A DNA stretch of 34,007 nucleotides from Catajapyx aquilonaris (taxonomy: Eukaryota). The translations under genes were made by a program, and so were the position numbers. Under the pieces are notes generated by a model. That model searched no databases, was not told the origin of the DNA, and saw nothing but the letters and a program-made list of their open reading frames with translations. Shown here piece by piece: positions 24,867 to 34,007 of this stretch. Each line of letters starts with the position of its first letter. Position 1 is the first letter of the stretch. Location of the stretch: the NCBI GenBank assembly GCA_000934665.2, contig JYFJ02004197.1, positions 1 to 34,007 on the forward strand, given 5' to 3'.

Positions 24867-26006
24867 GGTGATGTTTCCACATGGTTGCAACTTAATTAAT
24901 ATATCACAGCTTCAACTCAGCGTGAAATTCAGGTGCGGTGGGTGGAAAATGTTTGCTTGAGGACAGTGAGCAGCATATTAATTTGGGACTGTGTCCAAAG
25001 GAGGAGGACACAGGTATTGTCCGCTAATTAACTCCTCAGGTTGGGTTAGTTCAACTGTTGGCTACACCTGTGGAAACGATGCCAAAATGTACTCAGACGG
25101 TGCTATTTCATTATCTTAGAAATAAGTTGTTTCAACGCAGTTCTTGGTATGCGCCTGGTTGGTGTCTTGTCTTGTATTCGCCGCACGTTCGTGTGATTTG
25201 TAAACCTGTTAGCATTTTTGAATACCAGATGAAGCTGTAGGAACCTTTTTTTGCACAAAAAGGGGTGTGAACCGTCAACATGTTATTTTAAAAAATTCTG
25301 TTTTCTTTCAATGATCAAATAGATTGGTGAAGTGAGCCTAAGTTAGGGTGAACGCTGAGTTTATTGGTCCATGTTCATGTTTAGTCTGCTTGGGGATGCT
25401 GACAGATAAAAAATGGAAGCCAGCCAAGTAGTTTAAGCTTGGAGAGATTATTTTAGTTGACAATCTGGTAAATTCAATAAGCAAGACAATTTTTCAAATT
25501 GTAGTAAACCATACCTTCCACACTTTTAAAAATCTCAGGGGCTGCAGGCTGTGGGCTTCCCATGATCGGGATTACCAAAATATTTACCTAGTATAAAAAT
25601 CGGCTTATATCAGCTGAGCTGTGAGAACATCGTTAGAGGATGTTAGGTTTGGGTGCGCTCGAGTTGTCACACCCTCCTCAGCATTTTTTCCTTCCTATTC
25701 TTACCGGGAACACTGCGTCGAATTTGAAACTCGATACGAAACGTTACCTGCGGTTTCCTCAGATCTGTGTAATCTTGACTCCAAGGGTTACCAGATGCGG
25801 GTCAAAAAATAGAGCCTCTTCCGAGAATGAAAATGGATTTCCAATCTCGTCTTTGAGCTGTACTAACAGTGTCTTCCCTTTCTTATTCTGGCCCTAGGCC
25901 CCGAGGACACTAGGTTTATTGGAGGAAAGGAGCAGCAGTAGTGATGTAGAAACCTGGTGGCTGAATAAAAATGCTAACTCGGTCCTTTTTGTGTGTATTT
26001 TTGCAG

Positions 26007-26090
26007 GCTGTAGAGAAGGAGAAGGAAGGCGTAACCAAAGTGGAAAAGCGGAAAGCCGACGATCCAGAGGCTACCAAGGACGTCAAAAAG
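26007..26090 (+). CDS. Internal 84-nt symmetric exon: AVEKEKEGVTKVEKRKADDPEATKDVKK (charged, NLS-like KRK...KK)
   Basis: Strong acceptor (GCTAAC branch site, TTTTTGCAG|) and donor (AAG|GTAATG). The body is purine-rich (GAA/GAG enhancer-like), is a multiple of 3 in length and is open in phase 0. Phase 1 is also open but less protein-like; phase 2 has a stop. Confidence 0.78.
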
Positions 26091-26720
26091 GTAATGTAAC
26101 CCTTATATGTCGATATCTCTTTACTATGCGCGTACTGGCTAACCCAGTTTGCACCCAATCTTCAAACCCCAGTTTGGTTTTAATCGTGTTGTTTCGGGTC
26201 GTTTATTTTGGGAGCCGCCGGCCGATTATGATGTTGAATCGATTAATTGGGCAGCATAATGAATTGGCGGGCTGGAAGGTGACGACTGGGCCAATCCAAT
26301 TGAGCTTGGATGCCCCGCATTTATTGCCTTACTTCACTCGCACACCCTTTTTGGCCGGTCGATGGCAGACCGGAGATCCAAAATGAGAAGATGATTCGGA
26401 GAAAAGTTGGGAATCTGTTGTGTTAGTCGATCCCCATAGGCGGATGTGGAACGCTGCCATCTTTGCAGCACTTTGGAAAGTGCTGTGATGGGTTGAATGG
26501 GCATACGACGCTTCTTTATGCTGCTATAAGCAAGCACTTGAACTGGTTCGGAGTACAAACCAATGTGGAATTTTTGGCTCTTTCAGTCTTACTTTTTTTT
26601 TCAATTTAAAACCAGGTTTAATGAGACTGTTATTGTTCGTACGATATGGCTTGTGTTGGATCGACGCGATTTATTTCACTTAATGTGTAACGGACAACTT
26701 TATTCATTGCGCGGCTTGTA

Positions 26721-26987
26721 CAGTGTTGGACATTAATCGCGTCATATTCCTTTCGACATTTTTTTGATGTGGAAGAAGTACAAATCGAAGTGTGAGCCGT
26801 GCGAGTAAGAAGAGTAGGCCTTGAGTGACGTCACCGGCTGGGGGGCAATAGAGAAAAGGCTTGTCCCCAGCCAGGACGTCACCCAAGGGCTACCATCTCT
26901 TACTCGCACGGCTCTATCACTTCGATTTGCACGTCTGCCACATCGGAAATGTCGCTAGCAGTATGACAGAATTAATGTCCATCACTG
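26721..26987. mobile_element. 267-bp fold-back (palindromic) MITE with CAGTG termini, Tc1/mariner-like
   Basis: Imperfect ~127-bp inverted arms around a 12-nt spacer (26849-26860), for example CAAATCGAAGTG/CACTTCGATTTG, GAGCCGTGCGAGTAAGA/TCTTACTCGCACGGCTC and TGGACATTAAT/ATTAATGTCCA. TA at 26719-26720 and 26988-26989. Confidence 0.87.
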
Positions 26988-28010
26988 TACCCACCCATGC
27001 GATTACCTTCTCGATCTTCCAGGATGAACTGATCGGCTGGGCTGGGGTGACTGTTGGACATGCATATTGGCCACTTGGATTGACTGAAAAACGTACTTTC
27101 TAGGAATTCCACACCACACTCTGATGGAGTTGAAGTTGCACCTGAATTTGGGGAAAGAAAGCCGTTAGAGCAAAATTGATACCCGTACGTGGCACTTTTG
27201 GATCAGTGTAGCCAGGTGCAGTCGGGTATAGGGAAAAGGAGAGGACAGGGCCGGGTCTAATGGAGCGTCCAAAAGGGCTTTTGTGGGCGCCAAAAAGCGT
27301 CGCTGGCGTCGCTGGAGCGCGACCCTTTCCCTCCAAAAGGGACGTTTTCCGCCCCAGCTGAGAGGAAGAGGCGGACACGAAATTTCATTCTGGTGACATG
27401 GTTCGCACTGCGCATGCGAACTACCTTCCAAAAAATTTGAGAGGAAAAAAAACTAGCTGCCTTTCTGCATCCAGATTTATTCCAGCTGTTTCTGCAATTA
27501 AATCTGAATAGCGAGATTCATAAATTCATGCAGTCGACTGCAACGTCAGAAGCGTGCAACTTACGCATTGTCACGACGCTTTACACTCTGTTTGGCTACA
27601 GTCATGTTGGCATAAGCACCTCTTTCACTCGACTCTCATAGTTGGTGTGTGCTTAAAGCACATTGTTTTAATTACCATGGGCATCTAAACAGGTGTGTTC
27701 AGCATTAATAATATTTTATTGCCGGTGGCAGGCTGGCCGGTACAGTGTCTCGGGGTTATTGCATGGTGGTTATTTAAACAAACACATACCGTCATTATAT
27801 TTAATGAGAGTAAATTTTGTGTGAACATGGCATTATACTTGTTTCCTGGAACTATATTTGCTAGCATTGTATACAGTGCATATACATAGCCCCGGATAAT
27901 CCACGTGCATAAGCTTGGTGATGGGGTAGAGTAATTCCCACTGGATGCATATCTTTCTGTTCTACAGTATAGGCGTATGTAGAATCATGCAATGTTATAT
28001 TTTTTCTCAG

Positions 28011-28016
28011 CAGGAG
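28011..28016 (+). CDS. Candidate 6-nt (CAGGAG, Gln-Glu) or 3-nt (GAG) microexon
   Basis: T-rich tract ending TTTTTCTCAG|CAG GAG|GTAAGA: pyrimidine tract, NAGNAG acceptor, near-consensus donor, frame-preserving in phase 0. Supported by motifs only. Confidence 0.33.
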
Positions 28017-31000
28017 GTAAGAGCTTAAAACTAGTTTTTTTTTAAAGGTTTCACTATTATAGGAAGGAAGAAATATTGTGGAGTGGCCTGTGTTGCAGGC
28101 ATGTTTCCTCCGAAATGCGACCGATTTTGAGAATGTATTTGTGCTTTCGTGATTTGAGAAATCGGCTTGTACTTACGGAATTATTACCCGGTAGCACGCG
28201 ATTTTTGTTGCAGTTACGGCATGGTTTAGCAACTCTATTGTGCCTATTTGTAACCTCAACTTCCGCCTAGGCAGTACAGGACGAAGGCGGCACCTATACG
28301 TTTTTCTTCATACCTTAAAAAATGTGTCCGGAACGCGATCTGCGCCCTTGATCTTGCCCGTCATGACATCACAAACAGTCATGCGTCGCCAAACATTCCG
28401 CTTTCCAACACCGGCCGCAAACGACACGAATTATCGTCGCTATTCCCACGATTTATTTTTTTCTATCATTTCATACGGAGAAATGATTCCAAATAAGCAG
28501 GTAGACCGAAATGAAAAAGTGCAATTAAATACTTCCCCAAAAAAACTGGGGCAAATAAAAGCACGAAAGATCAGCTGATTACAAAGTGCATTCTGGGAAT
28601 ATAACCCCAACTCCCATTGGCTCCCTAGTCTCCATATCACCGGTATCCACAACTCCCAAAAGGCGCCGGAGGTTGCTGAATTATTTAAGGAGCGTGAGTT
28701 TCACCTGCAGATAAATGCCGATCGAAACTTTTGGCCTTTCGTTTAGTACCAGTGAGAAACCCACCACTATATAGCTGATGACGTCAGATTCATAACGTAG
28801 TTGCGCTGTTTTTATCACCGGTGTTAATTACTGGCGCGTTGTCTGTTTGTGTTGCACAATCCACATCGTAAAACCGTGCCTGATTGGGTTCTGGACGCGT
28901 GTTTTTGAGCATAATGTTGCAAATGGAATGAAAAAAAAGTCAAAAAATTAGCGCTTTTTGGGAGGGTCTGATTAAGAATTTTGGGTCAGGTAATTGACGA
29001 TAACTGTTTTATCGGGTAATTTTACCCGCAAAGGGAATGTGGTGTATATAGATGGGTCCTACTATTTTGTTGTTTTTGCATTCGGAGGAGGCGTGTAACC
29101 TTTTGTTCTCGTGTAACTCAACCAGACATAATATTATGGGTGGATATTGGTGCGGAATTATGCATAATTTATACCATTAGGGTGGTTTCAGCGTCGTCTT
29201 TTTTTATAACGGGGTGTCAGAATTAATCAGGTCCCAAACGAGATTTTAAATTCAGTTTACGTGACTGAAAATAATATTGAGGAGCGTTATTAACTCCGGG
29301 TTGGGCGTCACGAACTCGCCGTAACACACAGCAGATATGTGGAATAGGGCATCAGGCATATACATGACAAGGTCGGAAGCCCCCCCTACATGTGACATAC
29401 ATGGACAAGCATGTGGGAGTGGAAATCACATTGGAGCTCGGAATCGATGCTTCCAAAACGCCGCGAGCAGGCGCACATTGGTCCACATTTCCTTCCAGTA
29501 GACTACACATGTTTACTTGGTTATTTATTTATTACATCGGATAAGCCTACAGTGCGGCCTATACGTGGCATGGAAACGGATTCGATATTAATTCATTATA
29601 ATTATGAGTAATGGTGATCGAACCACTAGGCAAGATTCATGAGCCGGTAAAATGAAGCGTGGCTGCGGGGATTGGAGTAAATGAATAACTTTGGGTCTAT
29701 GGAGAATCTGCGAACGAATTATCCTCACCTGAGTAAGATATGCGGCTGTGGTCTGATCGTAATGATCTTAATATGAAAGGAGTGCCTTTAGGAGCTTGAG
29801 AAAGGCGACAGGTTCCTTTCTTCCGGTTTCAATTAGTTGAGAGAGTATTAAGCGTGGATTTTAGGGGGGCTTGAACTTGAGTCAACGGGAGGTGGCTATA
29901 TATGTTCCGTGTGTTTGTAATTTTGTCGAAGAAGTTTCATCACGAAGGGGTGTGTTGTGTACGCAGGGAGGTAGCAATATTGCGGTCAGAAATTCGTGTC
30001 GAGTACATGCAATATTGGTGGATGTACCTAAATTGGCCACTTAGTGATGTGGAGCACGCCGCGTGGCCTCTCTGTAATTTGGCGACGTATAGATGATGAA
30101 GAGCTTGTGTCATTTGCGACTCATTGCGTGCAATTCTTCATCGGATTATAGGGCGAAGCAAGAATGGGGAGCAATCTGTTACTGGGTAATTCGTAATTGT
30201 AAATGAATGCCGGATAACCACAGCATGTGTTGCGTAACGTACAGTTCAGGACGTAACTGGCATTGATATGGCGTGCAATATGCGGACTATTTAGTGTGTA
30301 TGAAACACTTACTAATATCATGTCATTCGGTTACTTATCCAACACACACGCTAAATGTAACTTAGCTTACATGCTTCTTGGGTTCGTTCATTGGCACAGA
30401 GAGTGGCTGATGTAGTTGGCAGTGATTCTGTCATGATGAAAATAATTTTCTGCACGTCAGGGTTTGCAATTTGATATGCATTTTTAATTATAACATTTGC
30501 CGTATCCATTATGATAATTGTAGTTAATTGTGGCTGAATTGCTAATTAAATGTTTACATTGGGCATATCAATTACAGTTATTAGTGGACCAACAGTTTAA
30601 ACCCTCATCTTGCCAAACTTTGTATGCAATTTTTCTCTCTGAGCTGGAATATTGACAGTGTCGAGACCAGGAAAGTACATGATCCGCGTTTCCGGAATTA
30701 TTGGCGCCGATGCTTATTTTTCCCGATCGATGGAATCCCACTGGGGAACGTTGAGGGTTGAGTAATCGCAATAATGCTATATTGTGCTTGACTTTTTGCC
30801 TCCCCCTACCAAGCTTCCAACATCCGAGCAAAGAAGGGTGTGGTTCATCCCCCAAATGTTCTCTTCCACTTCCAACCCTCATTTGCATCTGTCTCTAGCA
30901 GACACTACAGTCTGGGAAGCCTCCCTCCCAAGAAGCTTCAGGAATTTCCAATTAGATCACACAGTTTGCCGCCAAAAACTCGGCATGTGCGATAAATTCA

Positions 31001-31856
31001 ACACAGCCTGCAATATGTGTGTACCATACACACTATTGTGATATTTGCGCTCGGTTTTGTTACTTGATGGATTTGACATGTAGCTATCTCATCTGTGGGG
31101 GTCACACGTATTCCCGCACACGTGCACACGGCCATCGCCGTAAATTGGCGCGAAACAATACATGCCGCAATTTCACGAACTGATAAACCCCTGGTTTTTT
31201 GTGTGTATGAAAAATGTATGCCCGAATGGGTTGACATTATGAGTGTCGTTTTCCAGTCGCTACCGAGTATACAGTGTTTAATATCCGGGTGGTGTACCAG
31301 CATGGGGTGGTTTTTGTGAGGATCCAATATGGCGGTTCGAGGGTCACGTGGGCACAAAAGGGAGAAAGAGAGGAACAAAAACGTGGGGTCTAAATCAGAA
31401 CCTTGTCCCCGGGATTGCGATTCCAGCTCGGTGCCAAGTCTACTTTTGGGGCACCAAGTCCGAAGGATTCTAGGCTTTGAGATGTTTCCTTTTCTCTTTT
31501 CCTCGCCTAGTCCTTTGCGATTAAGCCTCGCTGGATTCCGGGCAAAAACGTGCCTTTGTCTGCTTCCGCCATATTCGACTAGTGTGCACGAAAAGGCAGC
31601 CAGGAAAAGCCCCCACCAAGAAATTCCGAAATGTTCAAATGTCAGATGTGGGTTGCTTGGTGGAAGAAAAATCATTACGAGAGCTCCATTATGGGGCTTG
31701 GAACCAGATTCGGATTTTTTAAAGGGAAAATTGCAAATATGTGTGGTGCACAAGTACCATTAGTGGTACCAACACTCGATATAATTACGGGCGATTATTA
31801 ATGATGTGATTGCCAGTATTTGAACATGGAGTCGTTTGGAGATTTAATCTGTGCCT

Positions 31857-31882
31857 CCCCCCCCCCCCCCCCCCNCCCCCCC
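31857..31882. repeat. Poly-C run (26 nt including one N)
   Basis: Read directly. The N at 31875 marks assembly uncertainty, so the true length is unknown. Confidence 0.92.
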
Positions 31883-34007
31883 TTCCAAAAAAATACATTC
31901 GATTTTTATAAAATGGGGACATGATCGATCCAGCCAATTGGAGGTCCCCGCCGAAAAACAAAAGTGGATTAAGTCAGCCATTTTTAATGAATACATTTCC
32001 CCCACTGAGGGATTAATGGATGCTGAAAGGCCAATAAGTTTCAGGCTTTCCGGGAATCGTTTGGTGGTTCCGGGGAACCAAGTCCGTGCCAAATGACCCT
32101 CGGTTGGAGGAAGTGCTCTGAAAAATCGGAAACTAATTGGAATCCTCCCTTGTTAAATCGGACCAAGTGCTTTTCGCGACTTAATCGGCGATTTTATGAC
32201 TGAAAATTTGGGCCAAAAAGTGTCTACCAGATATACTGTATGTTGGACCAAACTTTTAGATGCATGATAGTATTGCTGACTCAAGAGATGACAGAAGTTT
32301 CTAAATGGAAAATGTCTTTGTTTTAGTCTACCGTATCCGGCAGCTTACAAATGACGAAGTGCCACGTTGGCTGGTTTTCTTGCCCAGATATAGTTGGAAA
32401 TGAAGATAAATTGAATTTTTTTTTTGGACTTGAGGAACGGTTCGAGCTGAAAACGGAAATAAGGCTGACTATATATGGCAGGTGAAATGTCCAGCTCCGA
32501 AAAGTTGTCATTTGTTATAGACCGTTACGTATCATTATAGGGGACTGAGTTAATTGGGTTCTCCTCGAGAAAGTTGCAAAATTTTTGGCAGGGAAAAGTG
32601 AAGCGCTAGCCCGGAAATGAGTGAGGACAATTCCTCCCACTCCCCCTCTCCCGGATTTCTTTTTTGGAGACAAGTTTGGGACCCATAAAAGTTGACAAAA
32701 AAAAAGAGGAGGTGAGGGAGAGAGAGGAGACTTCGTTAGCCGGTTGGTTGGGAGCCTAATTTCCGCGGGTGTGCTTTTATTAACTCCGCACTTTTCCCCA
32801 AGTTCTTTTTCGATCACGTATCAGAAAATCCTTTTGTGTCGAAAATTCCCTGGCCAGAAAGTAGCTGCTGAGGTGGCATGTTGAAGAATTGGGGACAATG
32901 GCAGCGATGACACTGCAGTACTGTGCGAGTCAATCAGGTGGGGCCATGAGATAAAAGCTGGTGGGTGATACTTGTTGCTGGTACTATCAACAATGCAGGC
33001 CTTTCCGTCTCTAGCAGATGGGAATATTTGGACGGGGGGAAAAAAACCCGGGTTTCGTTACAACAACATGAGGTCGTTCAGTGTAGTGCACTGAACTGTT
33101 GAGTGGCAGGGACTGATGAAGATTATTCCATGGGAAGCTCTTAATCCTGCCAAAGCCTACAGCACGCTCTGTGATATATAATATACGTCAAAGTACATTT
33201 CTGCATTCACCGCTTTGTACAAGAAACTCCTTGTGAAGTGAGACGTACCATTGTGCTGCAACTGCAATCCGTCATAAGCTACTTTTCATGCTAATGATCT
33301 AGCATTCGCCACAAAAGACGTAATGGATCTTGACACTAGGGGCTCTCAACTATCTACAGAGAGTATCACTGTAATTAGAATATTATGTAAGTGTATTGGA
33401 CTGGCAGGCAACGCCTTGATGCAATTCGAGAATTTCAAGGTTTTCGGATAAGTAACTTGGAGTACTGTAGATGCTAAATCGGGCTTAAGTAGAGGAAGTG
33501 CGAACATTCTGCACCCCCCCCCCCTCCCAGGTACATTAACGTGATAAAATGCGATAGCTGTGTACGTGTCCAGGGTGCGGTTTATACTAGGCATTTTTAC
33601 CTCTGTTTTTCCGGAAATTCGACTGTATGGCACAAAGCCTTATCTGCTGGCCGACACCTCACGCGAGTATAAATCGCGTCTAGTGTACAGCAGTAGTCCG
33701 TTGCCGTGGATACCACGTCCGTCCAGCTCCACGGGGTCCATCAGTCCAGAGTTCCACGTCAAAACACCGGCGGCCACCATAAATTCCGGTCATTTTTGCA
33801 CTCGCGGAAGACAGCAAACGTATCGTGTATTTTTGCATCTAAGCGCTGCCTGTTGGTGCCTGGAGACTCACATCGATCCGGTAGGACAGCAATAATCCAT
33901 TTGAAACCAGTTTTTTTTATAAAACTGGATTCGATTGAGATGGACCTATACTTGGGCAAAATATGAAATGGCTCTTGCGGAAAGGCCAAAAAGGGAGGTG
34001 AAATTGG

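Larger units (their letters stand above)
3648..26006 (+). other. Long first intron (~22.4 kb; may hide further alternative exons)
   Basis: GT at 3648. Branch-like GCTAAC at 25973-25978, a T-rich tract and TTGCAG acceptor at 26001-26006. No convincing coding ORF in between. Direct joining of the two exons is inferred from phase compatibility. Confidence 0.6.

Noticed and set aside
27529..27542. Perfect 14-bp palindrome TGCAGTCGACTGCA
   Set aside because: About two such palindromes are expected in 34 kb, and it has no supporting context.
30998..31753. Longest ORF in the track (251 aa, minus strand)
   Set aside because: No recognisable domain or codon bias; homopolymer-derived composition; antisense within an intron.
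1..34007. CRISPR arrays, operons, rRNA/tRNA genes, intact transposase or reverse transcriptase
   Set aside because: I saw no regularly spaced direct repeats, no long coding density and no such motifs on either strand.

Overview
Eukaryotic genomic DNA, not prokaryotic. It looks metazoan and probably arthropod (CpG not visibly depleted, Inr+DPE core promoter, TA-flanked MITEs), but the taxon is an inference. The window holds the 5' end of one large, intron-rich gene on the + strand: a GA/G-rich TATA-less promoter (predicted TSS ~3227), a first coding exon (3360-3647) encoding a Pro/His/poly-Ala low-complexity N-terminus, a ~22.4 kb intron, and an 84-nt symmetric exon (26007-26090, AVEKEKEGVTKVEKRKADDPEATKDVKK). 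The gene continues past the window end. No folded domain is encoded here, so I cannot name the gene; it is probably a nuclear regulator (RNA-binding protein or transcription factor). The rest is non-coding, with two clear Tc1/mariner-type MITEs (158 bp; 267 bp fold-back), two (AAT)23-24 microsatellites and a poly-C run. Nearly all entries in the ORF track look spurious. I found no CRISPR array, rRNA, tRNA or intact transposase, and nothing I can defend as a new biological system. The best leads are splicing and RNA-structure elements: a candidate 3/6-nt microexon (28011-28016), a candidate poison exon (19201-19258), a G.U-rich pre-miRNA-like hairpin (10184-10285), the fold-back MITE near exon 2, and an apparent excess of YY1/Pho motifs.
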